Origin: Longimicrobiales bacterium | Lineage (GTDB): Bacteria; Gemmatimonadota; Gemmatimonadetes; Longimicrobiales; Gaopeijiaceae | Length of the DNA: 64,000 nt | Assembly (NCBI GenBank): GCA_965203485.1 | Contig: OZ241892.1 | Span: 576,001-640,000 of the forward strand | Reading direction: 5' to 3' | In this document: piece by piece, positions 54,566-64,000 of the stretch | How positions within the stretch are numbered: position 1 is the stretch's first letter | Layout of the letters: every line of letters starts with the position of its first letter | Program-made: the position numbers and the translations under genes | The notes under the pieces: model-generated | Seen by the model: only the letters and a program-made list of their open reading frames with translations | Told to the model about the DNA's origin: nothing | Databases searched by the model: none

Positions 54566-57142
54566 ATGACGCGCAACGCCGGACCGCGCGGCCGCCCGCT
54601 CCCCTGGTGGGTCCCGGCCACGCTCTACTTGGCCGCGACGGTCGTGCTCTTTGCCGAGTTCATCTTTTCGGACCTGATGCTCTTCGGGCTCGACACGGTC
54701 GAGTCGGGCGGCTACATGGCGCGGGCGTACTTCGCCGAACAGCTGACGAAGGGCGACTTTCCGCTGTGGGGCACGCGCCAGTACGGCGGCATTCCGTTCC
54801 TCGAGGCGCTGTCGGGCGGGGACGCCATCTACCCCACCAGCCTTCTGCTCTTCCTCGCCGAGACGTACCGCGCATTGGGGTGGAAGCTGGTGTTGCACGT
54901 GCTGGCGGCCGGCTTCTTCATGCACGGTTGGATTCGCGGCCTGGGGCTGGACCGGCGCGCGGCGACAGTGGCCGGGCTGGCGTGGACGCTGGCGCCGGTG
55001 ATGGTCACGTTGGTGCTGCCCGGCAACGACGGGAAGCTGATGGTCGCCGCGCTCGCGCCGTCGGTGTTCTGGGCTGCGGAGTCGGTCATGCGCAGGCCGT
55101 CGGGACGGAGCGGGGCGGGGCTGGCGGGCGCGGTGGCCCTGACCTGCCTCACGACCCAGTTCCAGACGGCGTACTTCCTCTTCCTCTCCGCAGGTGCGTA
55201 CGCAACGTTCCGAACCGTGCAGCGGTGGCGGAAGGGCGCGACCGCTGCACGCCGCCTTCATCCGGCGGCGGTCTTCTTGGGGAGCGCGCTTCTGGGCGGC
55301 GGGCTGGCGGCGTTCCAGCTGCTCCCGGCGGCCGGCTACGTGACCGAGGCTTCGCGCAGGACCGCAACGACGGTCGACGCGTCGCCCGAGGAAGCGCGCA
55401 CCTACTCCAGTTCGTGGTCTCTTCACCCGGAAGAGGCTTTGTCGCTGGTCGTTCCCGAGTTCGTCGGCAACAGCGTGGCCGACGCCGAGTGGGGCGACGG
55501 CACCTACTGGGGGCGCAACGCGTTCAAGTTCAACCACGAGTACGTGGGCGTCACGGTTCTGGTGTTGGCGGTCTTTGCGCTGACGGGGGCTCGGCGGCGG
55601 ACAGGACGCGGGCCGGGCAAGAGGCGGGGAGCCGGACCGCGACCCGGACGGGGTGCGCGACGCGAGCAGAACGGGTCCCCGTCGGGCGCGTCGTCCGGCC
55701 TCCGCTGGTTCATGGGCGGGATGGGCTTGACTTGGTTCCTCTTCGCCTTGGGCGCTCACACGCCTGTCTGGAGGCTGTTCTACGAAGTCGTGCCGGGAGT
55801 CTCCCTCTTCCGCGCCCCGGCGCTGGCGGCGTTCCTGGTCAGTTTCGGGGCGACCACCCTTGCGGCCGTCGGCGTGGACGACCTTGCACGGACCAAGCCG
55901 TCGCCGGGCGCCTTCCTGGCAAGCGCTCGGGGGCGGGCGGCGCTCGGGGTCGTCGGGTTGCTGCTGCTCGGGCTGATTCTTCAGTCTTCCGGCGTGCTGG
56001 ACCGCTTCTGGACGACCGTGGTGCATCCGGATGTCGGCGCCGACGCCCGGGTTGCGGCGGCACTGGCTAGGCTGGAGCCCTTCGCCACCCGGGGGTTCGG
56101 GATCGCGCTGGCGCTGGCCGGACTGGCGGTTGCGATCCTTTGGGCGGCCTCGGAAGGGAAACTGTCCACGACCACCGCGGTCGTCGCCGTGGCGAGCCTG
56201 ATCGCCCTGGACCTGGGCCGGATCGACCGGGCCTTCGTGACCACCTTCGATTTCCATGCCTGGGCGGCTCCCGACGCCAACGCCCGCTTTCTGGCCGATC
56301 GGAAGGAACGCGCTCCGCCTTTTCGGGTCGCCGACCTGCGGGGCAGCATCCAGAACGTCGAGTACGCCATGCACGGGCAAGACCTCGTCGGCGGACACCA
56401 CCCGAACGACTTGGTCCGGTACCGGCAGCTGCTGGGCCTCACGGGCGGCGAGGCGGCCGGCGCCAACACCAATCACCCGAACGTGTTGCGGATGCTCAAC
56501 GTCAAGTACGTCGTCTGGCCGTTGGCACAAGCGGGACGAGACCCCTGGGAGGGCGCCCAGGCGCTCAGCGCCGCTGCCGGAGGAGACGAAGCCGTCTACC
56601 CGTACCCGGGCCTGGAAAGAGCGTGGGTGGTTGGGTCGGCGGCCGTCGTGGACGGCGAAGATGCCGCGCTGGCCCGAATTCTGTCTCGCGACTTCGATCC
56701 GGCCCGGGAAGCGGTCGTGTCCCAGCCGGGGCCGGAGTTCGCCATGGCGCTGGCGACTCTTTCCGCTTCCGGTGAAGACGCCGCGCCCGCGACGGGCGCC
56801 GTCGTCTGGGAGGTTGCCGGACAGGATTACCGGCGAATGAAGGTGACCACCGATCGTCCTGGACTGCTGGTCGTCTCCGAGAACTGGTTTCCCGGATGGA
56901 TGGCCGAGGTCGACGGGGCGCCGGCCGAAGTCCATCGCGTGAACTTGACGCTTCAAGCCGTTGCGTTGCCGTCGGCGGGCGAACACGTGGTCGCGTTGCG
57001 CTACACGGCGCCTACGGTGCGGCGCGCCTTCTGGATTAGCGCGGCCTCGGCCCTCGCCGTCGGACTCATGCTGGCGACCCCGGCGCTTTCCGCGGCCCGT
57101 GGCCGCCGTTCGGCGATCCGCCTGGAGGGAGACTCCGCATGA
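54566..57142 (+). CDS. YfhO-family polytopic membrane protein (GT-C-like glycosyltransferase)
   Basis: G.FPLW....YGGIPF, many TM helices, LAAFQLLP, LRMLNVKYV, C-terminal GLLVVSENWFPGW.AEVDG...VHRVN..LQAV.LP.AGEHVV.LRY. Confidence 0.88.
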   Translation: MTRNAGPRGRPLPWWVPATLYLAATVVLFAEFIFSDLMLFGLDTVESGGYMARAYFAEQLTKGDFPLWGTRQYGGIPFLEALSGGDAIYPTSLLLFLAETYRALGWKLVLHVLAAGFFMHGWIRGLGLDRRAATVAGLAWTLAPVMVTLVLPGNDGKLMVAALAPSVFWAAESVMRRPSGRSGAGLAGAVALTCLTTQFQTAYFLFLSAGAYATFRTVQRWRKGATAARRLHPAAVFLGSALLGGGLAAFQLLPAAGYVTEASRRTATTVDASPEEARTYSSSWSLHPEEALSLVVPEFVGNSVADAEWGDGTYWGRNAFKFNHEYVGVTVLVLAVFALTGARRRTGRGPGKRRGAGPRPGRGARREQNGSPSGASSGLRWFMGGMGLTWFLFALGAHTPVWRLFYEVVPGVSLFRAPALAAFLVSFGATTLAAVGVDDLARTKPSPGAFLASARGRAALGVVGLLLLGLILQSSGVLDRFWTTVVHPDVGADARVAAALARLEPFATRGFGIALALAGLAVAILWAASEGKLSTTTAVVAVASLIALDLGRIDRAFVTTFDFHAWAAPDANARFLADRKERAPPFRVADLRGSIQNVEYAMHGQDLVGGHHPNDLVRYRQLLGLTGGEAAGANTNHPNVLRMLNVKYVVWPLAQAGRDPWEGAQALSAAAGGDEAVYPYPGLERAWVVGSAAVVDGEDAALARILSRDFDPAREAVVSQPGPEFAMALATLSASGEDAAPATGAVVWEVAGQDYRRMKVTTDRPGLLVVSENWFPGWMAEVDGAPAEVHRVNLTLQAVALPSAGEHVVALRYTAPTVRRAFWISAASALAVGLMLATPALSAARGRRSAIRLEGDSA

Positions 57143-57384
57143 GCGACGTGTCGTCGAAGCTGGAGCAGACCTTTAAGCGCGTTTTCGGTCTTCCTGCCGA
57201 TGCCGACGTCCGCTCCATGTCGGGGGAGACCCATGCCCGGTGGGACTCGATCGGCCACATCACCTTGATCTTGGCGGTCGAACAAGAATTCTCCATTGCG
57301 CTTGCGCCGGAAGAAGTGTCGGACGCGTGCACGTACGAGGCCATGGAGGCGCTCGTGAGACGCAAAGTCGGCATGCCGGAGTGA
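57139..57384 (+). CDS. Acyl carrier protein
   Basis: 81 aa, WDSIGHITLILAVEQEF phosphopantetheine-attachment motif; ATGA coupling. Confidence 0.9.
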   Translation: MSDVSSKLEQTFKRVFGLPADADVRSMSGETHARWDSIGHITLILAVEQEFSIALAPEEVSDACTYEAMEALVRRKVGMPE

Positions 57385-57388
57385 GCAA

Positions 57389-57410
57389 GGGGGGGGGGGG
57401 GGGGGGGGGG
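57389..57410 (+). repeat. G22 homopolymer tract at the ACP/deacetylase junction
   Basis: 22 consecutive G between GTGAGCAA and AGTGCTAGCG. Confidence 0.95.
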
Positions 57411-57411
57411 A

Positions 57412-58281
57412 GTGCTAGCGTTTCGCTTCGACATTGATTCTTCGCGGTGCCTCAAGGAGGGCGTGCCGCGCTTGCGAAGACTTGCGCGCGCTCGGGGCGT
57501 TCGATTCACGTTCTTCGTGACGATGGGGCGCGCCGCCGACATCGGCTCCGCGCTTCGACGATGTTGTTTTCGGCTTTGCGGGGGACAGCCGCCTGGAGGT
57601 CGCCGCGGTGTGTTTGAGCAAGGCCCGCGCCTCTCGACCGCTCGGAAGCTGGGCTTGCGCCATTATCTGGAGACGATCGCGCTCAACCCGGTCTTGGGGA
57701 CCAAGTACCGGGAGGATATCGACGCGCTCTTCGAGGACGGGCACGAACTCGGTCTGCACGGAGGCGCCAATCACGGCACGTGGCAACACACCGTCCATCG
57801 ACTTGGCGCCGAACAGATCAAAGCGTTGTTGCGTCCCGCGCTGGACGAGTTCGCGGGCCGCTACGGTCCGCCGAGGGGATTTGCGGCACCGGGATTCGCA
57901 ACGAACGAGCGTGTGCTCGATGTGCTGGATCAAGAGGGATTCATGTATTCGGGCGACATGCCCGGCGAACATCCCGTTAGGCCGTTGAAGAGTTGCGGCG
58001 AAAGACATCTGCACTATCAGGTACCGGTGAATGTCGTCGGCCAGAGTCGTGTCCCGCTCATCGAGCAGGGATTGGCCTGTGGCCACGACGCAGCCCGCAT
58101 AGCTGAAGACATGGTGGCGAAGATTCGCAGACGTCGCTTCGCGCTGGTGTACGAGCACCCCTACGTTGCCGGCATCCACGACGAGGTGTTGGACAAGGTC
58201 ATCGAGCGGGTAGAGGGAGACCACGACATTGTGACCGTCGAGGAATACTTGGCGGAATGGAAGCGCCGCCAGGATGAGTAG
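57412..58281 (+). CDS. Polysaccharide deacetylase family protein (ArnD/NodB-like)
   Basis: FRFDIDS....EGVPRL, FTFFVTMG, GHELGLHGG.NH..WQ, GFAAPG, Y.GD, YEHP; the true start may be GTG 57381 upstream of the G tract. Confidence 0.85.
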   Translation: MLAFRFDIDSSRCLKEGVPRLRRLARARGVRFTFFVTMGRAADIGSALRRCCFRLCGGQPPGGRRGVFEQGPRLSTARKLGLRHYLETIALNPVLGTKYREDIDALFEDGHELGLHGGANHGTWQHTVHRLGAEQIKALLRPALDEFAGRYGPPRGFAAPGFATNERVLDVLDQEGFMYSGDMPGEHPVRPLKSCGERHLHYQVPVNVVGQSRVPLIEQGLACGHDAARIAEDMVAKIRRRRFALVYEHPYVAGIHDEVLDKVIERVEGDHDIVTVEEYLAEWKRRQDE

Positions 58282-58750
58282 GTTGCTGCGCTATGCGGCT
58301 TCGATGTTGCCGTTTCCGCTCGGCTGGCGAGCCGCCCTGTACCGGGCGTCGGGCATGAAGGTGGGACCGCTCTCGACGATCGATCGCAACCTGCACGTCA
58401 CCCGAGCCGACTTGATCGAAATCGGGTCGCGCGTCACGATCGCAAACGCCGTGTCGATCCTGGCCGACATGACGGCGGTCCACTCCCGCCTCGAGAAGGT
58501 GTACGGCATCCAGAAAGGCGGCCCAGTGGTCGTCGAGGACGACGCCTACATCGGCACGAAGGCGACGATCCTGCCCAACGTGCGGATCGGGCGCATGGCC
58601 ACCGTGGCGGCGAACACCCTGGTCACGACCGACGTGCCGCCCCGCGGGGTGGTGATCGGCGTGCCCGGCAGGGTGATCATGATCCGCCCCTTTAAGGAAC
58701 GCCGGTCGCCGGAAAGCCGGTCCGGCACGGCCGCGCCGAAGCGCCGATGA
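58274..58750 (+). CDS. Hexapeptide-repeat (left-handed beta-helix) acyltransferase
   Basis: IEIGSRVTIA, PVVVEDDAYIGTKATILPNVRIGRMATVAANTLVTTDVP...VIGVPGR. Confidence 0.9.
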   Translation: MSRLLRYAASMLPFPLGWRAALYRASGMKVGPLSTIDRNLHVTRADLIEIGSRVTIANAVSILADMTAVHSRLEKVYGIQKGGPVVVEDDAYIGTKATILPNVRIGRMATVAANTLVTTDVPPRGVVIGVPGRVIMIRPFKERRSPESRSGTAAPKRR

Positions 58751-59724
58751 AGACGTCGCTGGGGACGAATGACGGGCGCCGGGCGGACAGGAGGCTAGCG
58801 GCGCTGGCCGCGAAGCTGGCGCTGACGGCGCTGGTCGCATGGTTTGTCTGGCGGAGCGTCGACACGCAACTGGCCGAAATCGGGACGCTCGACTGGATGG
58901 CGGTGGACGTGGACGTGCCGTTGCTGCTGTTGTCCGTCGCGGTGCTTTTTGGAGAGTTGGCTTTGGGCGGCTGGCTGTGGTCTACGCTGGTCAAGCGCCT
59001 TGGGGGACCGCGTGTTCCCGTGCCGACCGCCGCGGCGGTCATCGTCTTGGCCAACTTTGGCCGCTACGTTCCTGGGAAGGTGCTGAACATCGTGGGAGTG
59101 GCGGCCCTGGCCGGCCGGGCGCACTGCCCAGTGCCCGTTGCAACCGCGGCGGCGGTTCTCGGCCAGATGATGCACCTGCTGGGAGCGGCGGTGGTCGGCG
59201 GATGGGCGATGCTTCAGCTGTCGGACGTCTCTCCCCGCCCCGCCGTGGCGGTCGGCGCGGCATTCTTGATCGCGGCGGTCGGCCTGACGCGCCATGGACG
59301 CGGGCAGGCGGCGTTGGCCTGGATGCTGAGCCGGATCGATCGGCGACGGCCTTCCGGTGCAGCGTTGGACTTTCGATCGATGGCCGGCCTCGCGCCGTTG
59401 CGGTGGATCGCAGCTTTCGCCGCGAAGTGGTTCATCTACGGACTTGCGTTCTTCCTGCTTGCCAAGAGCTTCGGAGCGGACGGCTCGTTTCTCTTCTACA
59501 CGACCGTCTTCGCCGGCGCGTACCTGGCAGGCTATGTCGCCGTGCTGGCTCCCGCGGGCGTGGGCGTTCGAGAGGCCGCGCTTGTGGCGATGCTGGCGCC
59601 CTTGCTCGGTTCCGGCCCGAGCGTCGTCCTGGCCGTCGCTCAGCGCGCGTGGATCACCGCGTTCGAGCTGGTCGCGGCTCCGGGCTGCGTGGCGGTGTTC
59701 TGGCGGCGAAGCCGCAAAGCGTGA
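58747..59724 (+). CDS. Lysylphosphatidylglycerol-synthase TM domain / flippase-like protein (UPF0104)
   Basis: ANFGRYVPGKV, multiple TM helices, PAGVGVREA, AQRAW. Confidence 0.85.
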   Translation: MKTSLGTNDGRRADRRLAALAAKLALTALVAWFVWRSVDTQLAEIGTLDWMAVDVDVPLLLLSVAVLFGELALGGWLWSTLVKRLGGPRVPVPTAAAVIVLANFGRYVPGKVLNIVGVAALAGRAHCPVPVATAAAVLGQMMHLLGAAVVGGWAMLQLSDVSPRPAVAVGAAFLIAAVGLTRHGRGQAALAWMLSRIDRRRPSGAALDFRSMAGLAPLRWIAAFAAKWFIYGLAFFLLAKSFGADGSFLFYTTVFAGAYLAGYVAVLAPAGVGVREAALVAMLAPLLGSGPSVVLAVAQRAWITAFELVAAPGCVAVFWRRSRKA

Positions 59725-61630
59725 CGCGGTAGAGTCCCTGGGGGCGGTCGGTGTCGCTCCGGACCGACTCTGCAGGCGCGATCGCATAGTACTTCTGGCC
59801 GGCGCCGCGGACCTCCGAGAATCCGTGGTCGGGATAGAAGGTGCGGGTCATGCCGTTCTTGGCGGTGGGGACGCGGATCGCCCGCACAAGCCGCACGCCG
59901 CTTCGCCCGGCATCGTCGAGCACCGTCCGCAGCAGTTCGCTCTCGATCTTGCGGCCGAACGCCCTGCAACTCATCAGGAACGAATCGATTTCCCATTCGT
60001 CGCTAGCGCCGTGACCGTGCCCACGCGCCAGTCCGCCCACGACATGGTCGTCCGCGCCTGCCCCGCCACTGTCGGCGGGCGTCGCCGTGCCGGCCGGCGC
60101 CGCGACGGCCACGCCCACGATGCCGTAGTCGGAGAAGCGGTCCTTCATGCTCATCGTGTAGACGACGCCGGCCTCCATGAGGCGCTCGACGTCGCTGACC
60201 GCGTACCGCTTGGCCGTGAGGTTGAACTGGTTCGTTCGTTGCGCGAGCTGGCTGACGCGGCGAACCGCGCCTCGGTCCTGGCGGCTGATGACGAGTTCGA
60301 TTTCGAGGTTGCGGATGAAGGAGTCGATGTCCGGGGCCGCCCTGCGCAACTCCTCGCGCTCGGCATTCGCGCGAACGGACGCAGTACGCTTTAGGTCGTC
60401 CTCCGTGACGTGCAGCCGCGCCATTCCCCGCAGCGACGTCATGAACGCCGGGATCGCCAAGGGATCCGAAGGGAACTGCTCGACTTGCACCTCGGGAAAG
60501 GCTGTTCGCACTCGTTCGCACTCGACCGGACTGTCGTCGACGAAGATCAGAGAATCGAGGCCGATGTTGAGTTCGCCGGCGATCTCCCTGATGTTCGACG
60601 CCTTGTCGTTCCAGTTGATGCGACGAGTCGCAAAGTCGCCCGCCCGCAAGGCCATGTTCGGCGACTGGGCCATGAACGCCAGCACGTCGGTCTCGTTGTT
60701 CTTGCTGTTCATCGCAAGCAGGAACCCGCGCCGTTCCATGCCCTTGAGGAACAGCTGAAACTCCCGGTAGACGCTTCCCGGGTATTCGGCGCCGACGGCA
60801 ACTCGGTCCGGCCCGTCCTCGCCCAGAACGCCGCCCCAAAGCGTGTTGTCGCAATCCACCACGATGCACTTCTTGGGAGGGAAGGCGGCGGTGGCCACAA
60901 TGTCCGCAAGGGCGTCGCCGAGGCGGGGAAGGAAGTCGGCCGCAAAGGGACTTCGCGCGAGAAAGGCCATGCGCAGGTCGTACGCTCGCGACCTGCCGTG
61001 CTCGCCCACGATGCGGTCCATGTCCAGAATCGCCACTCCCGGCATCGAAGACAGGCGTTGGACGAGCGCCAGGTTCAACGCTCGTCTGCGCTGATGCCAG
61101 CTGCGGGGGTCCTGGTCCCCGTGAAGCGCGTGCGCCTCGATGGGACCGGGCGGCAGATTGGCGACGACGACGCGGGCGCTGGAGCGGTTCCTCAAGTCCG
61201 CGGCGATCGCTTCAATGCGGGCCAGGAGCGCTTCCGTGATGTCGTCGGGAGGGTCGTGGCGCGCGTCGCCGGCCAGCTCGACCGGATCGAAGTACAGGAA
61301 GAAGCATTCCGGATCGGGCTTGCCCAGCAGGGTCGGGTCGGTCGCGTACTGCTCGTAGGCCGAGTAGTCGCCGACCCGGAACGAAGCCTTGACGCCCCGC
61401 TGGAGAAGAGCCGTGAAGAGCACGGGCAACCACGGCTCCACCGTCCCGTTGCGGAGGATTGCAATCCGCTGGGAGACGAACCCTCGCACCGCATCGGGCG
61501 CTTCGGCGCTCCGCCGGTACGCCTCGACGCTGCGCGCGTACGACGGTCGTTCGCCGCACTCGCGGGCCACTTCGCGAAGGTAGGCGGTCCAATCGGCGGG
61601 CCGCGCATGATGCGAGGCTGCCGAGCTCAT
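59654..61630 (-). CDS. FkbH-like HAD-IIIC protein (glyceryl-ACP-forming family)
   Basis: KCIVVDCDNTLWGGVLGEDG, SKNN, INWNDK, FVDDSPVE, QRTNQFNLT, DRFSDYGIVG, FLMSCRAFGR..E. Confidence 0.92.
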   Translation of the reverse strand: MSSAASHHARPADWTAYLREVARECGERPSYARSVEAYRRSAEAPDAVRGFVSQRIAILRNGTVEPWLPVLFTALLQRGVKASFRVGDYSAYEQYATDPTLLGKPDPECFFLYFDPVELAGDARHDPPDDITEALLARIEAIAADLRNRSSARVVVANLPPGPIEAHALHGDQDPRSWHQRRRALNLALVQRLSSMPGVAILDMDRIVGEHGRSRAYDLRMAFLARSPFAADFLPRLGDALADIVATAAFPPKKCIVVDCDNTLWGGVLGEDGPDRVAVGAEYPGSVYREFQLFLKGMERRGFLLAMNSKNNETDVLAFMAQSPNMALRAGDFATRRINWNDKASNIREIAGELNIGLDSLIFVDDSPVECERVRTAFPEVQVEQFPSDPLAIPAFMTSLRGMARLHVTEDDLKRTASVRANAEREELRRAAPDIDSFIRNLEIELVISRQDRGAVRRVSQLAQRTNQFNLTAKRYAVSDVERLMEAGVVYTMSMKDRFSDYGIVGVAVAAPAGTATPADSGGAGADDHVVGGLARGHGHGASDEWEIDSFLMSCRAFGRKIESELLRTVLDDAGRSGVRLVRAIRVPTAKNGMTRTFYPDHGFSEVRGAGQKYYAIAPAESVRSDTDRPQGLYRVTLCGFAARTPPRSPEPRPARTR

Positions 61631-61968
61631 GGGCGGGTTTCCGTCGGAGCGCCGCCGCGGATAGTCGGCCGGGGCCGTTCGGGGTGGTTCGAGAACGAGA
61701 CGGAACATGCATGGGCTCGCCTCGCGGCCGGCGTCGCGAGGGCGCCGTGGGACTGGGGATGCCGCGCCGGCGCGCCACGGGCCGGCGCACCTCGTTGCCA
61801 TGCCGAATCCATGATGCGGAATCCTACGTAGTCTGCGATTCGGCCGTCAATCCGCGTCCGGCCGCCAAGCACGGCAACACGGCGCTTCTGGCCGAATCGG
61901 GGTCGGCCCGGTAATCTCAAGATGCGGCGCCCCGCCGCCGACAATTCCATAATGTCCGGAGACCAACG

Positions 61969-64000
61969 ATGATCCGCGATCAAGCCACGTCGCGCGCCGT
62001 TCGCGAGAACCGCTGCTTTCGCGCGGCCTTTGCCGCGGCCGGCCTTTCCCTGCCCATTGTCCTGGCGGCCTGCGCTCCCGACGGCTACTCCGGCGACGCC
62101 GGACTGTCCATCGACTTCGAACGCTACGAATTGGCGAACGGCCTCGAGGTCGTTCTCCACGTCGATCGCTCCGACCCCGTCGCGGCCGTGGCCATGACGT
62201 TCCACGTCGGTTCGGCTCGAGAAGTCGAGGGGCGCACGGGCTTCGCGCACCTGTTCGAGCACCTCTTCTTCCTCAACTCCGAAAATCTCGGGGCGGGCGG
62301 GCTCGATCGTCTCATGACGCGCATCGGCAGCTCGACCAACGGCTCGACCAGCCGCGACCGCACGAACTACTTCGAAGTGGTGCCGACCGACGGTCTGGAG
62401 AAGGCCCTGTGGGCGGAGTCCGACAAGCTGGGCTTCTTCATCAACACGGTCACCGAATCCGTCGTGGCCAAGGAGAAGCAGGTCGTCAAGAACGAAAAGC
62501 GGCAAAGCGTGGACAACCGGCCCTACGGGCACACCAGCTTCGTCGTCGACCGCGCGCTGTATCCCGAAGGCCATCCTTACCGCTGGCAAGTGATCGGCTC
62601 GCTGGAGGACCTGGACGCGGCTTCGCTGGAGGACGTCAAGGAGTTTCACGCGCGCTGGTACGGCCCCAACAACGCGACGCTCGTCGTCGCCGGCGACATG
62701 GACGTGGCGCTGACCAAGCAGTGGATCGACAAGTACTTCGGCGAGATCCCGGCCCGCGAGATCCCGGCCCGCGCCGATCCTCCCGAAGTGCGGCTGGCGG
62801 CCACCAAGCGGTTGATGCACGAGGACAACTTCGCCCGGTTGCCCCGCCTCACGCTGTCGTGGCCGGCTCCGGCGCGCTATCACCCGGACACGTACGCGCT
62901 GCGGGTCCTCGGGTCGTTGCTGGCGGACGGGAAGTCCACGCCGCTCTACGAGGTGCTCGTGGAGGAGGAGGAAGTTGCGCCGGGCGTCTCGGCGTTCAGC
63001 TCCGGAAGCGAACTCGCGGGGACGTTTCAGGTGTCGGTGGGCGCGTTCGCGGGCGTCGATCTCGACCGCGTCCACGAAGCCGTGGAGGCGGCCTTCGCGC
63101 GCTTCGAGGAGGAGGGCGTGTCCGAGACGGAGCTGAGGCGCGTCAAGGCGGGCACGGAAACGGCCTTCTACCGCGGGCTGTCCAGCGTTCTCGGCAAGGC
63201 GTTCCAGCTCGCCGACTACGCGATCTTCGCGGGCGATCCGGGGTTCGTGTCCGAGGACTTGCGGCGCACGCTGGCCGTCGACGCGGACGACGTGACGAGA
63301 GTCTACGAGACGTACTTGGCCGGCAGGCCCTACGTGGCCACGAGCTTCGTGCCGCGGGGCGAAGCCGAACTGGCCCTGGAGGAGTCGGAGCGGGCCGAGG
63401 TGGTCGAGGAGCCGATCGTGCAGGGCGCGGAGGCCGAATTCACCGCCGTCTGGGGCGACGAGCGCTCGCCGGCGGGAGCGTTCGACCGCTCGGTGGAACC
63501 GCCGTTCGGAGCTTCGCCGAGCTTGGCGGCCCCCGCGGTCTGGACGGAAACGCTGGAGAACGGCCTGCGCTTGGCCGGCGTGGAGGATCGCGAGCTTCCG
63601 CTCGTCACCTTCGAGTTCCACTTCCGCGGCGGCATGCTGCTGGACGAGCCGGGACGCGGCGGCGTGGCGAACTTGGTGGCGGCAACGATGCTGGAAGGGA
63701 CGGCCCGCCGCGCGCCCGAGGAGCTGGAAGAGGCGATCGACCTGCTGGGCGCGTCGATCACGGCGTCGGCCGGGGCCCGGTCGCTCACCGTGTCGGGCAG
63801 CGTGCTAAGCCGAAACTACGCCGAGGCGATCGCGCTGGTGGAGGAAATTCTGCTGGAGCCCCGCTTCGACGGGGACCGCTTCGCCCTGGCGCAGCAGCGC
63901 GTCGCGAACCAGCTGCAGCGCTCCGAGGCGATTCCGGGCGCGGTGGCGTCCACGGCGTTCAACCGGCTCGTGTACGGCGACCACGTCATGGCCGAGAACC
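61969..64000 (+). CDS. M16 (pitrilysin-family) zinc peptidase, lipoprotein; runs off the window end
   Basis: Absent from the ORF track because it has no stop; manual translation MIRDQ...LAAC...LANGLEVVLH...GRTGFAHLFEHLFF (HxxEH), NGSTSRDRTNY, VVKNEKRQ, HPY. Confidence 0.93.
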   Translation, partial: MIRDQATSRAVRENRCFRAAFAAAGLSLPIVLAACAPDGYSGDAGLSIDFERYELANGLEVVLHVDRSDPVAAVAMTFHVGSAREVEGRTGFAHLFEHLFFLNSENLGAGGLDRLMTRIGSSTNGSTSRDRTNYFEVVPTDGLEKALWAESDKLGFFINTVTESVVAKEKQVVKNEKRQSVDNRPYGHTSFVVDRALYPEGHPYRWQVIGSLEDLDAASLEDVKEFHARWYGPNNATLVVAGDMDVALTKQWIDKYFGEIPAREIPARADPPEVRLAATKRLMHEDNFARLPRLTLSWPAPARYHPDTYALRVLGSLLADGKSTPLYEVLVEEEEVAPGVSAFSSGSELAGTFQVSVGAFAGVDLDRVHEAVEAAFARFEEEGVSETELRRVKAGTETAFYRGLSSVLGKAFQLADYAIFAGDPGFVSEDLRRTLAVDADDVTRVYETYLAGRPYVATSFVPRGEAELALEESERAEVVEEPIVQGAEAEFTAVWGDERSPAGAFDRSVEPPFGASPSLAAPAVWTETLENGLRLAGVEDRELPLVTFEFHFRGGMLLDEPGRGGVANLVAATMLEGTARRAPEELEEAIDLLGASITASAGARSLTVSGSVLSRNYAEAIALVEEILLEPRFDGDRFALAQQRVANQLQRSEAIPGAVASTAFNRLVYGDHVMAEN

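Noticed and set aside
61627..63621. 664-aa minus-strand ORF
   Set aside because: Antisense shadow of the M16 peptidase, which is the real gene but is missing from the ORF track

Overview
High-GC bacterial chromosome segment. The gene repertoire suggests Gemmatimonadota, possibly a host- or sponge-associated lineage; this is an inference only. Left to right: the end of a UDP-glucuronate decarboxylase gene; a TPR-bamD-nadD-secA-radC operon; a beta-propeller protein; a TonB receptor/lipoprotein/PhoB-like operon; feoAB joined to a Fe/B12-type ABC transporter; a choice-of-anchor B protein; an S1 protease with a stand-alone copy of its own N-terminal domain; Zn-independent ribosomal proteins (L28, L33, L31B, S14) with folE2 and a MazG-like gene; a squalene synthase-like gene; mog; a DUF4015 hydrolase; tRNA-Ala(TGC); and a four-gene operon headed by a cytochrome c/beta-barrel fusion and a pentaheme cytochrome. 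From about 41.4 to 53.6 kb lies a partly lower-GC defence-type island. It holds an uncharacterised two-gene module split by an intact IS3, an MntA/HepT toxin-antitoxin pair, and a type III-like restriction-modification operon whose methyltransferase is frameshifted at a G24 tract. The window ends with a PPTase/YfhO/ACP/deacetylase/acyltransferase/flippase/FkbH envelope-modification cluster carrying a second long G tract (G22), and a partial M16 peptidase. The best candidates for new biology are the cytochrome-barrel operon, the two poly-G putative phase switches, the IS-split two-gene module and the ACP/FkbH/YfhO cluster. All family assignments come from motif recognition by eye; no database searches were run.
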